Below are positions 1 through 35,467 of a stretch of DNA of 64,000 bases, piece after piece. Each line of letters starts with the position of its first letter. The first letter of the stretch is position 1. A program made the position numbers and the translations under genes. The notes below the pieces were generated by a model. The model searched no databases. It saw nothing but the letters and a program-made list of their open reading frames with translations, and was not told the origin of the DNA. The DNA lies in assembly GCF_964204645.1 (NCBI RefSeq), contig NC_134026.1:21486150-21550149 (forward strand). The letters are read 5' to 3'. Origin of the DNA: Tubulanus polymorphus. Lineage: Eukaryota; Animalia; Nemertea.

Positions 1-78
1 TTACAAACTCAGTTTCATTGGAGTGAAAAGTCCGTCCAAACTCGCTTTTGATTCTATCAGAAAAAAAAAAACACTTAC

Positions 79-3000
79 TCATCAAAGAGGTAACACGGAT
101 ATGGGAATTGTTGCATGACTATACCGGTCGTATCTTCTACATCAGTGTGTGTTTTGATGATCGCGTGTTCGATCATGTCTTGTAGATAGCCGAATCCAAA
201 CGAGAGATATTTCATATCGGTAGCCGGCCGCCGCCGTGGTCCCGGTGACCATGATCTACAACCAAACAAGCAATTCAGTTATTCTGTTCACTTTTCGAGA
301 TACTAACCCTTTCAGTGCCGACTAATACCCGAAAGTGCTGGAGATAATTTGAATATTTTCGAAAGATTCCACCCCAGTGTTACTAATATATCACCATGTT
401 TGACAGGTACTGCCATCTTTTGACATCGATAATAACTAATTACTAATAAGCAAATCAATGGTAAACTCAATACACAGCAATATGGTGTACTATCAAAGTC
501 AAACACCGATGCATACACCGCACTACGGTGTAGATACACTGAAAGGGCCAAACGAAGATTTTTCTGAGGAAGTCTGGCTCTATGCATACCTATCGATTAC
601 TTTGAATCTCTTCGTGCTGTCAACTTTGTCAGAATCCATCCGGATCTTATATCTGACATTTGACGGTACAGTATTGTTATCGGTTCCGGACAAATCGAAT
701 ACCAACCCTGCAATAGAAAGACATACATACAGAATTAGACAATTTGTCGATCAAAAAAATACAAGAAAGTCATAAATTTACGTACCTCCCCACAAAGTCA
801 GATTTTCCATGTATTTTAAACCATCGATGACAAGAGTGTCTTCATCAGCTTTCGGTTCAAATTTATTCACTTCGAAACACTGAAAATTGACAACAATAAA
901 TTATATTATTCAAGAACATCTTGAAACATAGGCATCAGAGTCATCAACTGGTCTTTTAATAGGCCATAGAACCAACAGAATTCTCTCGAATATATCAATA
1001 GAACCAGAAAAGTGATTGATGACGAAGATATTTCTATTCTATTCTAATCAATTACCTTTAACAAATTGTAAACTTGAAGCATAAATCTATCTGTGTACTC
1101 CAGCGACGTTCTCCAGTCATATCTGCCTTTAATACGTGGTCCATTATACAACCATTGGCTGTAGGTGTTACAAACTCGCATGACTCTCTTAGTTACGCGA
1201 TTTTGACTGAAGGTTCGTCCATTCATCTGTTTACCCTCTTTACAATACGCCAATAACGTCTAAATTGTAAATCACATTTCGAAAAACGTAAATCAAGAAA
1301 AATCATTTCAAATGATAATAATCAAATATCAGCTTTTGTTGCTTACCCTTGCTTCGTCCACATTTTTGTTTTCACTGAAGTATTTATACAATTTCGGCGA
1401 GTAGTCCAACCAATCTTTTGCTAAAGTACGTATTCTCGCAATTTCTTGGAAGGTAAAGTTTGCCTTAAGGTGTATAAAAGATCAACAGTTCAGACGCGAC
1501 GATGTTAATTCAAGAGAGTCTTCTCATAACTTGAAAGAAGTTCGCATTACGAAAAACTTCGAATACATCTTCTTACCTTTTCAACGATTTGCCTGGTAGC
1601 TGGAGTATCAGGGGTGTACGGTATCCTACCAAGTACGAATGGCTTCAGTTGTCTCCAAAGCAGACGAGTGCTTCTCTGAGCTTCCAAAGCCTCTTGCAAA
1701 TCATGACACGTGAAATCTGTAACCAATATGAATCGAATTAATTGCAGGGCTCATTCACTGACACTTACTACAGCAAACCTCACCTTTGGACATGGCCAAC
1801 CCAGACTTATTGAGCAACTTGGAGAAAAATGAAATCATTTTGTGACTTCTGAATGTCTTCTTAACTTGGACTTCACTTATCTCGTACCAAGTTTGCCGGT
1901 TCCTGTTTGTACGAGTTAGGTGAGGTTTACCACAGTGGAATCTATAGCAGGGTTGCTACAAATTTTTCCCATAAATTTTGTTAACGAGTCTCACTGGGAT
2001 TTTAGGGGCAATAGAAATTTGATAAAAATAGATTCTAGGGATTCATTATTAGGGATATCGTAGACTAGTAAAGACTTACTCGGATCTGATAAGTTCAAAT
2101 CAAGCATCGGTCGAGAATCGTTACTTTTTTTATTTGCCTCTGGATTTTTCTGTTTATCATTCCCATCATTATTGGTTTCGTCCTCTTTCTCATCGTCGAT
2201 TACATTAGACCAGTCGCCATCGCGCGAATACGTAGAAAACACATCGCGATCTTCTCCGCAAAAAAACTCGGCAAATTGCCTTGTCGAGTTGCGACGTCGT
2301 GACGAGTCATTACGCGAAGGCATCGCGTCTCTGAGATCATCGCGCACAGCTTCGAGACTATCCAGATCAAAAACCTTAGTGAATTAAGATAATAAACAGC
2401 ATTAGATAATATGAACAGAGAACATGTATTGTACTATGAAGAAAATTTCATATGGCTCCACTTCTGAACCTGATCTGATGCCGTTGAAACTCTATCCTTG
2501 GACTAGGTATGCAAGTAAATGAATATATTTTTAAAAAACCCACGATATTGATGAAATTATAATTACAAAATCTGTTTTGCTGATGTTTCAGAAAGATTTC
2601 TTTTTTCCCTGAGAAGTAATCTGTTCAAATGTCAAGAAAACAGATTTTATAGTTACTATTTCATCAATATGGTGGTTTTTTATATATACATTTACTGCAT
2701 AGACTACGACTAGTCTAAATTTAGGTTTGCAAGCATTCACACAAAATGTATGGACCCAATCACATTTCCTATCATATTTTTGCTCTTGTACATAAAAGAT
2801 CAATTGACAAATGAGATGCTTCTACATAGTACAATACTTACCGCTTGCGCGATGTCATTCCATAGTTGAGCCGTCTCATTACTGAACCTTATTGCTCTTC
2901 CAGTGTTAGTGGTGACAAATTTCCCTAACTGAAAAACGAATCGAACAAAAACTTTATGCAAAAAATAACTTGATACACATACTACAATACAAGTAAAATT

Positions 3001-5735
3001 TTTTTGAGAAGAGAAGCGTACCTGCTCCAAGGCTTTTAACGTGTCGAAATTATCGCGGAAATCTTGGACAAACGTTCGAAATTCATCCGACGTTAAGTTG
3101 CACAGCTGATCTTGAACGAACTGAGCTTCGGTCGTATTTCTATAGATGATGAACTGATTATCTTTCGCGCGACGGCACGTGTAATTCCGCAGAGACTCGG
3201 CATTCCAGTCGAATGCGTTCAAGTCCCGGTAATAATCCCATATCGTGGCATTCACCATGGATATAGTCCTATTCAGCCGTTCGCGTTCAATGTATTCGAG
3301 GAACTGAAATATCAAAATCAACACCAAAATTATCACCATCTACACTTTTTGGCTCACAAGCCTGAGAATAAGCCGATCAGTAAACTCAGAGTAAAGGTGA
3401 TATCTCGACATAGCATCACGAGAACCTCAGGAGGAGCACACCCTGCCCATTTTTGTTTTGCAGTTGATTAATAGTGAGTAAATTGCGGAAGTTGACAAAT
3501 CTGCTTGAAATTACCTTTTCAGGATCGATAGATGACCCGGCAATGGCATCGACGACTCGCGGACTAAGGCTCACATTCTGCTTGGCCAAAGTTTTTCTGA
3601 TATTTTCTATTTGATCGGGCGAGAACAAATCATCAATTTTCACGTTTCCTAAATCGCAAAAATAAAATATTCAGCGGTTAGAATTACATAACTATCTATT
3701 GTAGACTACGAATACCTCGCAACTGATGAAGTTGATAAACAGGTTGTGGAGTAGAATACATATCAGTTTTAACTTCTCAAATGGGGTACCGGCAATGCTA
3801 CTGAGGCAAGCGAGGATTCCACCGGGTTGCTAGTGGCACTTGGTTGCCACCTTCAATTCCTTTAATGATTTTCTGATTTAGAAGCCTAAAAATCGAGTTC
3901 AAACCTCATCGAAAATGAACTGAATTTCACTATGAATTCTGCCCAGTGTTTTGTCGGGCTATCTGGTGATTGCTGGGACCCCATTGAAGAGCACCAATTT
4001 CACGTTACCAGTTGAGCCATTATTCAATTGATCGGACAGAATCTGCAATGTTTCGATGTCATCCAAAAGTCGGTTGATTTCTTCCGTTTGCGTTTTGTTC
4101 GCCAATATTGTCTCGACATCCGAAAAAAGCCGATCGAATCTGAGTACGAAAGAATTTTAAAAACATAATATTACGTACTGCTTCTAATATTAATTACCGG
4201 TATTGAATATATATAGTCCAATAAAATATTCGTTCAACAGTAGACTCTGCTTTACTCATGAACATGACATTGTTTTGACCAGGAAATAGGGAAAATTCAA
4301 CGTTTTTCCAAAAAGTCTTCTAAAAATTTCACCCAGTTTACGCCCATAGGGGGCCTACTGGGTAAGGAAGGAGTCTACTCTTGAATGAAGTTTCAGCTCA
4401 CATTGCATTGTTAAATTCCTGGTCTCGGCCTCTTCTTTCGGTCACCTGCATATTTTTATAGCAGGTGTTATTCGCGGTGCATATCATCCCTTGTAAAAAT
4501 GGCATGAGGCCAGCAGACGGCATCGGTTTCGCGTCAAAATGGCCTGAAATGAGATGCCGCATATAATCACTTTCAAAACAACACTGAACATACTGGGCAT
4601 CACAGATGTTATGTTATAACTGTTGCTCAGTCGTGACTTGGTCCAAAAGTGGTCTTAAATCTTAAGTACAACGAGACAATTAGTACTTTATATGGTACCA
4701 GTAACCAGTTTATTTGATGCAAGAGTTTATGGAACTTAACTCACTCTCATTGGGGATTGTCAATAAGCTGCTAGAAGGGCAAAGCTCTCGGCGTATGAAA
4801 ATGGCACTGAATCGGGAACCGGTACCATAAGCCGCGATCACACGAGCATTTTTGGCCCGTGCCAAATTTGGCCCGCAACATCTGTTTACAGGGGTGCCAA
4901 ATGGGCCCGAGCCTGTTTGGCCCGGGCCTAATTTCGCCCGACCAAAAACGTCGGACCAGGCCCGGGCCTAATTTTAGCACCAGACAAATGGTTGCGTTTG
5001 AATTGCAACTGGCACCGGAAATGATCCACTTCGCTTTGTTTGAGCATTGTTTAGTATCGAGTGAATGGTTTGCGTGTGAACGCGCTGGCACGGGCCAAAT
5101 TTGGCCCGAGCCTGATCCGTGCCAATTTGGCCCGGGCCAAATCGTCTCCGTGTGATCGCGGCTATAGTCATGGTTACTTATAGCCAGTCTCTGACAATCT
5201 ATAGAACTAAGTCTATCAAGAGACCACTTTTGGACTTAAGTCTATGGAACCCAGCCCAGGGGCCAGTTCCATAGTCATGGCTTAGACTTAAGACCAATTT
5301 AAGACTATTTTAGTTCTATAGCCAATTTAACAACTTAAGACCAGTCTTAAGATTTAAGGCCTTTTTTGGACTTAAGTCTCAACTGAGGAACTGGCCCCAG
5401 ATGTCTAAATTACAAAAATAATCTCATTCAATTTAGTGCATTGAATCATAATATATCAAGCCACAAATAGTCTGAACTTACATTCATCAATTTGATAGAC
5501 GAGTCCACGAGATTTCACTAACGCCAAAATCATGAACAGCAAAAGTGGCCATATCAACTCCAGAAGAACTCTCACCTATAAAAAAATGATAATTATCATA
5601 GCATCATATCAAAAACACAACGAATTATAAAGCACATCACATATTTATGAAGTAAAGTCAATTACTCACTGGTTGCCTGCGAAGGAGAGTGAAGTTCTTC
5701 CACAACAGTACTTGCAATTGCAGCCAAAACCCCAT
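79..5735 (-). CDS. ABC transporter subfamily A (ABCA1/4/7-like), first 14 coding exons; gene continues beyond the left edge
   Basis: Starts MGFWLQLQVLLWKNFTLLRRQP|VRVLLELIWPLLLFMILALV..CHFDAKPMPSAGLMPFLQGMIC; later LLWRQLKPFVLGRIPYTPDTPATRQIV and GFGYLQDMIEHAII..QQFPYPCY, all typical of the ABCA1-group N-terminus and first extracellular domain. GT-AG exons with consistent phase: 5670-5735, 5482-5575, 4402-4543, 4009-4139, 3515-3648, 3022-3303, 2842-2928, 2080-2374, 1577-1716, 1347-1463, 1056-1259, 786-879, 590-707, 79-255. Confidence 0.93.
4813..5397. mobile_element. Two adjacent CWG-target MITEs (GACTTAAGTC family): ~4813-5256 (interrupted) and 5260-5397
   Basis: 5260-5397 has TIR GGGCCAGTTCC/GGAACTGGCCC flanked by CAG on both sides; the same family occurs at 21180-21309 and 32030-32168, with a fragment at ~4620-4666. 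Confidence 0.8.
4830..5163. mobile_element. PIF/Harbinger-like MITE nested in another MITE
   Basis: Perfect 15-bp TIR AGCCGCGATCACACG / CGTGTGATCGCGGCT flanked by ATA duplication; internal repeated TTGGCCCG(G/T)GCCAAA palindromes. Superfamily assignment is inferred from the 3-bp TSD. Confidence 0.8.
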
Positions 5736-5756
5736 GATGAATATCTGATAAAAAGA

Positions 5757-5790
5757 TATATATATATCTATATATATATATATATATATA
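5757..5790. repeat. (TA)n microsatellite
   Basis: Near-perfect TA run next to the splice acceptor of the ABCA start-codon exon. Confidence 0.9.
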
Positions 5791-6350
5791 CGCGGTTTAT
5801 GGCATAGACACTTTTCAAAGAAGGAACTATAACGAAACCCAATCGAAATAATTCATCGATCTATATCTTCCTTGTTCGACGCAATTTTATCCATGAAAAT
5901 AATATCAAACATGACCTACAGATGCGATGTAGTCGGTTCTCTGTTCGACGACGAACGGAACGAAATCGACTTTTTCGCAAACGCTTTATTTATAGATAAA
6001 TATATGCGAATATGTATGAAGAAAAAGCCGATGTCTCGTGAATGCCCACAGGCATGGGTGACTCTCATAATAAACAGGGTGTATTAGGTAGAACTGCAAT
6101 TGTAGACACATTTTCGAACACGTGTATCAAAAATACTAGCGGGGAGATCGCGCATTAATAATATGTTAATCACAATACATGTCCCTGTTTAACGATTATT
6201 AAATTCTCTTGATTATTGTCGTTAATAATGCGCACGCCAAAACACGTGGTCGGAGTCTAAAACCCCTGGATTTAGGATCGTAATGCCGTACAGTTGATTT
6301 ATAGTTCAAATCATAAATGATAACTTAAGATTATTTTCGAAAAAAAAACA

Positions 6351-7604
6351 AACTAGGGGTCCAGGGACACCATGCCCACTTGGGATGTGGTTTCAAATGC
6401 TCAACAATCTAACTTTCAATATTCAACGCCCCCTGGTGACCATATACAAAAACCAATGACCTCTCCACAATTATAGAATATGTCAGCAGCTGCGATTTTG
6501 TAATTGATTGTGATAACAAAATATGCCTCGTTACCAATTCAAATATGGAAATACTAAGTTATTCTACTATTCAACACCCCCTGGGACCATATGCAAAACC
6601 CAATGACCTTGAAACTCACCACAATCATAGAACATGTCATGAACTACAACTTTGCAATTGATTATGGGAACAAAATATGCCTAGGTACCAATCTAATAAG
6701 GAAATATTAAGTTATTCTACTAATCAACGCCCCCTGGTGACCATATAGAATAACTAATGTCCTTAAAACTCACCACAATCATAGATGATGTCATGAGCTA
6801 CAACTTTGCAATTGATAGTGTAAGAAAATATGCACAGGTACAAATATAATATAGAAATACTAAGTTATTGTATTATTCAACGCCCCTGGTGGCCTTATAC
6901 AAAAACCAATGACCTTGAAACTCACAAAAATCATTGAACACGTTATGAGCTAAAACATTCCAATCGATTGTGGTTACATAATATGCTTAGGTATCGATAT
7001 AATGAGGAAAAACTTTTTCCCACCTACGAATGAGTACTGATGACACCAAGATGGCCACCATTTGTGCCATAATTGGCAGATCAAAAATACCTGTCTCAGG
7101 AGGTATAAAACATCCCTTCCCAAAGATTACCCATCACAAATTGCAATGAGAAATGGCAAACCAGTAGGAAGCTACAGGAATCAGAATTCGGGCCAAAGTT
7201 GACATTTTTGGCCACTAAAAAGGTCACAGGATGGCCATCTTGAGTCCGGTCGACCCAATTTTTCTTATGCTGATGGGCACTTGGGGGATTCAAATATGTA
7301 TGAAAGATCAAGGTAATTGATCGAAGCGTCTTCAAAATTTCCATCAAAAAGTTCAAAAATGTGTAAAAAGTGCTGATTTTGGCGAACAACAACGGCTGCC
7401 AGTCGGCCATCTTGATTCTGACAGGGCCAGTTTTTGGGCTGAAGATGTGTCTAGGGTAGATACATTTGTAACCCAAACATCAAGACAATACATTGAAGCC
7501 TCTTGAAAACTTCCCTAAATACCTGGATTCCGTCTACGGACGGACGACGGACGAAAAGTGAATGCAATAGCCCGCTGGGACTAAAGTCCCAAGTGGGCTA
7601 AAAA
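6351..7604 (-). mobile_element. Non-autonomous Helentron-like element (HINE/DINE-1/pearl type) with a central tandem array of ~150-bp units
   Basis: Sub-terminal inverted repeat GCCCACTTGGGA (6374-6385) / TCCCAAGTGGGC (7587-7598), partial inner IR at 7570-7581, ACGG/GTCC microsatellite ~7536-7554, terminal hairpin plus CTAG at 6353-6372, A/T-run flanks, and 4 internal repeat units (anchors 6427, 6575, 6728, 6881). Confidence 0.8.
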
Positions 7605-8861
7605 CAAAACTGTATGTGTAAATAAGATCAGTTTTTCTTTTACTACATTCTTGAGTTGATTTTACAATATGGATAAGCTAACACACAAAGGAGCAGTTCT
7701 AGGGGCAAGGAGCAATTCTAGGGGCAAGAACTGAGGGCAGTCCCCTTTTGACACAGGATTTTTAAGGACATCACATTAATCTTAAAAAGGCAGCGTCCTT
7801 TTTAACCTTTTTTTCAGAATTGCCAACAAAATTATGCCTTGTGTTTTACTAAATATTGCGATTTATAGATTTATAGATAAAAAAATTGTGCACCTCTTGA
7901 AAAGTAAAACAAAGGATGTTTAATATATTGGTCACTCAAAATTTTGAAGGTCTTATGGTTATAGAAGTCCCATGGATCCATCCACGATAAATTTGATCAA
8001 ACGCTGATAAATGATGATGTGCTTTCGTTCATTCAGCCCTGAAGTAGAATGCAGACTTATCATTTCAAGTTTAGCCGAAGGGTGGAGTACCTTACGGGGA
8101 GAGTATTGATCGTACATACATATGCATAAACGTACATATCGTTGGATCGATTAGCAGTAGGCTATGGAATAACGCCTATATATACATCATGTACAGTGTC
8201 AATAAATGAACCACAACGAAGCAAAGTGGAAATAAATACATCAAAAATGCGCAGATATAAAACAAAGGAATCAAAATATTCATCTATCAAAATCAAGACA
8301 TAATAATTTGGCCTAATTAATCGGGGCCCATCGTCAGCATATCTCATTCGGAAAAGCATGCTGATACCCTTCTGTGAGGGAGCAGTTTTTGTTTTACTTT
8401 TGTTGGATAAGAATATGACACAGGCCTGAAGTAAGGGGGGTCGATTTCCAAGTGGAATTTTTTTCTTGGAAGTGGAGCTTTTGGTAAGGTACCCACAAAA
8501 TTATTGGGTCCTGGGAGTACTCATGCAGAAAGGGAAGCAATTTCACAACTAGCATATCGAGGATGAAAATGGGGGTTCACTAAGTAGCAATAGGGGCAGT
8601 AAAACAGCTTTTTATCATCTAAGATCTTTGGATTTCGAAGGTTAGGGTAACTTCACCATTTCAACAGATGCATCTAAATCATTACAGAAAAGTAAAATAC
8701 AGGTTTTTCAGTTAATGCATGGGAGCTATAGGAAGAAAAAATCATACATAAATTAGAAATATTTCTAACGTGCCTATAAGAGACTTTTTCCTGATATCAT
8801 AATTGCAGATAAAAATTCTACAATGTGACAACAGTGAAATTGCGTGAAATATCTATGAAAT

Positions 8862-9090
8862 GATTTATTTTTTTGAACACCCCCAACCAGCTTAACACCA
8901 CGCAGGGCATTACAAGCGGGTTCCATATTTCTTTTTCCCAACAGGGGAGAGGCCAGAGAAGAACCTTCGACCAAGAAACTCTGTCGCCACCAGGGTTTGA
9001 ACCCATAAACCCTGGATTGACGAGACCAGTGACATGGCGCCTTAAACCACTCGGCCAGACTCCAGAGTACCAATCCATCCCCGCCCCCTG
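8862..9090 (-). mobile_element. tRNA-derived SINE
   Basis: Pol III A box TGGCCGAGTGG (9047-9057) followed by TTTAAGGCG, B box GGTTCAAACCC (8993-9003), no pairing acceptor stem, ~120-bp body and an A-rich tail. Confidence 0.7.
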
Positions 9091-11411
9091 GAATTCATAT
9101 ACTTCGGGGGAGATTATCGGTCAATAAAGCCACAACAGAATCATAACTAAAACAAAATTCGTCCATAAAATTGTCCAGTACTACAATCGATTTCAAGTCA
9201 CTTCTGCCTCATTAGGTTTAATGTATTAAATAGACTATGTACAAAATCAATCGTGCTGGAATCAATATATAGGCCCTAGTCCTCAGGGATGAATTATGTC
9301 TTAAATTTGATTCTGTTGTGGCCTTATTAGAGAATATTGGTCCCCCGAGCTCCGGGGTAAACAATGTCTACTGCACTTGAACAGTATCTGGTCAGCCTTA
9401 TGCATGGCCGGCGCCAATTATTTGTTGCAAACTCCTAAACTAATGAAATCTTTAGGCCAATAAAATTGTGTGAGACAGACAGCCAATTTGGTTTGGCTAA
9501 TTTAGAAAAAACATTGTCATATTGTCGGTAGGTTTATTCCCATGAACCTTCTTTATAAGCTTGGAAAAATCAAGAAACCAAGGTATAATACATAGTAGCC
9601 AGCTTTACTTGTATCATTCAAAAAAGTCGTTTCAGAAAAAATCAGTCTTAAAGAATGATTTTCTCATTTTCGAAATGGCACTTCAGAACTTGACAAGGGG
9701 TTGTTGGCATATAACAGTTTGGATATATGACAAGAAATTGAACTCGCAATCCAATTATTAAATAGCCTGTAGAAAAACTGGTGCCTCAAAAGATTTATAC
9801 AACTATACAAATTTTCATTTACATATGAATCTTCAACCACTGTCACAGCTATGTTCGACAAGGAGGTTATCAAAATCAAGTCTAGAATAGTCCCAGAAAA
9901 CCAACCCATGTGGTTACATAGATTCAGAATGTCGGGAAATAATACAATTCTTTTGAAAGTAACATATCAAAGTAAAATATCTTCACAATGAAATCAAGAA
10001 CTATAAATGAGCCTCTAGCCTTTTGGAATTAGAAAGCATGTGTTAAACTATGAAATCCTACCAGGCTGATCATGCTATGAATATTTTTCAAATTTAAGTT
10101 AACTTAACTATTCATTTAATTAACATTTGAGTACTTGATAAGAGACAATCAGAAGCTTTTCAGATAGGCCTATTGCTCGTAAGAATCAAGAATTCAGACA
10201 CCAGTATCATTAGCTCAAAGGGAAAACTGGTAGGCCTAGGACCTTTTAGCATTGACCCTGAAACATTAGTTTTGGGGTCCATATATGGTTATCAAAACAT
10301 GATTAACGTAAGCCTACTGCATAGAACAGTATGATTAATATCAACTACACATCATGCCAAATAGTTAATCAATAAATACAATACCTTATTGATTATTGAA
10401 GGAATAAAGATGAAGTCAATGTCTGGGCATGCTATAGGCCTAGGCCCCAGGCCTCAGTAGTAGGCTGAATTTGAATAATTCTAACCAATCCAATAAAACC
10501 AACTCTAGACCTTTAAATCTAAATCAGAGTTTTCCTCATTTTTTTTTCTTCCAAAAGATTTAACATATGGTAAAAAGATTATCCATTAAGCCTATTTCAA
10601 ATCATAACAAATCATTCAACTAGGCCTATAGACTACTTTAAGATTGAACAGCTTGAGCTTCGGGTATTAAACTCAATTAGTCAATCCATGGTTAAGGTTT
10701 ACGATTGGATATTCTCACTAACTGCAGTTAGTTGATTTAAGCCCATTCAAATATAAAAGCCAACAAACATGACGAAGCTAACTTAACTATATAGTCAACC
10801 TATAGGTCAGGACATGTAGAGCCAACAAATGTTTGATGCATATTGTTACAATCAACGCAATTCGAACATCTTTCTGTATCGACAAGCTTTTAAGTTTTTT
10901 AATAGTGAGAAAACATTTACAAAATATGGAAACTAATTATACAAGCACTTCATTCATATGCATGGAATGTTACATCAAACGATTTTTACTCAGACTACAA
11001 AACTGCCAGCGAAATCGCTCAAAATTAAAAAAAGGCTTCAAAATCAGTCAGTTAGCACCACTTATCATTAAATAGAATGAAATCAACATACCCCTGTTAT
11101 AGAGCGAATAAACTAAAAATCCACCAACAGCATGAGATTATGAGTTGTTAATCATGATACTTCCGTATTCAATTTTTGACCATCGCTGTCACTGGTCGAC
11201 TGTTTACTAATGCGCCATCTAACGGTAAGATTACTGGCATACACACTTGCCGTAGGTGGCTAATTCATCCTATTTTCGGGATTGTGACTCCGAGTCGAAA
11301 TACGGTTACTTACATTTTTAACATTTTCCTGAAAAAGAATATATCAAACTCTTCTTTTTTCATGCCCAACGTTGAAAACTAAGTAAAATCGAAGAAAATA
11401 AACCCTCTCAC

Positions 11412-12873
11412 CTGTTAACTTGAACTTGAACGTGAACTTGCGTCGAGTCGGGGCAGGCCATAAAATCGGAAAAAATGAATTTAGAGTAACGTATAAATCG
11501 ATTGTGGTGCACATAAAGCAGATTGAGCTGAATTATTTCTGTGATTTTGATTCAAAAGTATGCAGCACCATATCGTGATTACCAGCTCACGGAGCACTGT
11601 CAACAGTAGATCTATGCATTTAATTTTGTTGAAATTAATTAAAAAAGGACATTGGCCATTTTTTCCGTTCACCATTTGTCCATAGATGATGTAGGCGAAT
11701 TCCTTTTGCGGTCTCATATAAATGAATTTTTGAATTTTCTCAGTGTCTTTTTTTCACACAGAGAATCATGGTTAATTTTCTGAAAATGGGGTTTTAATAA
11801 GTTATTTTTGCGTATTTTGGAGATTTTCTTTCTAAGTAATATTCATGACGAAATTTCTACATGTTTACTTCTAGGAATCTAATCACCTACCTAGGTAGCT
11901 TAATTTGCTCTAGAAATTTTGAAACTCTGCGAGTGCTTAATCGTCGTGGTTAATTTTCTGTGGCGTTTTTTATCGGAAGTGTATTCAGTAATCTAATGAA
12001 TTGTCACCAACAAGTAATTGTCTTATCAAATGTTTTTCTTTTCGGTATGAAAATAATTCACAATTGTCTTATTTTCTAAAATCTTATGACCTTATAGAAA
12101 TAATTTCTGCGATAATCAATTGAAAGAATTCCGAAAGAATTACTTTGGTGACAGCGTTAATTGATTTTCGTTAGACCCGCCGGGTCTTACGAAAATCACA
12201 TGCATAAAAGGAAGAGGAAAACTTCCTCAGAGTGTTCCAAAGCCTCGTGCCTTTTTTGTCTCAACTAAGATGAAATATTTCTTGCATTTCGCGGCTCTTT
12301 TTCGATTTACGCGCCCAGAGTACACGTTTGAGTCTAAAATTTAGATCGCTTAAAATCAATTCAGGCTATCCGAATATGATGATGTTAAGTCAACGAAAAC
12401 ACATTTTAAGTATTGTGAATGATTAATTGACAAACTAATTAAGTTTGATTGACAACCGGCCACGTTTTAGTGTTATGTCATTCCAGGAAATTATCGGAAA
12501 ATGACGTAGCGCCGGATCGATAACGATGACGTAGATAAGCTGAATTTCTGGTCCGATGTTGTAGTTCCTACGACGCATTTCCGACTTCTCAAAATCATCA
12601 TCGGAATCACGATTACATGTGTTAGAAAATCGCGTTTTAACATAAAAGACGACGTTATTGGCATTCAACGGATAGATTAGAGTCGATTTTTGAGACTGAA
12701 TATTGCGTAGTGATTTTAGCTGCGCTACTTGCCACTCTTCTCACCGGTGGCCGCCATTTTACAGTATTTGGTGGTTGAAATCGAGTAGTTTTGCCACCGG
12801 TACGTCCACATTAAATGTCCTAATCGTCGACGAGTTATTTATCGAAGACGAGGAACACGTAAAGAACACGAGC
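11412..12873. promoter_or_regulatory. Divergent promoter region between the putative ABCA non-coding exon 1 and clathrin heavy chain
   Basis: Strong minus-strand donor CAG|GTGAGA at 11412/11411; YY1-type GCCGCCATTTT at 12750-12760; TGACGT half-sites near 12502 and 12527. Function is inferred. Confidence 0.45.

Positions 12874-35467
<22,594 letters not shown>

Noticed and set aside
4771-5171. Three overlapping ORFs of 65-106 aa
   Set aside because: By-products of the GC-rich palindromic MITE; no protein-family features.
8980-9066. Functional tRNA gene
   Set aside because: A and B boxes are present but the acceptor stem does not pair and there is no clean anticodon arm; treated as a SINE head.
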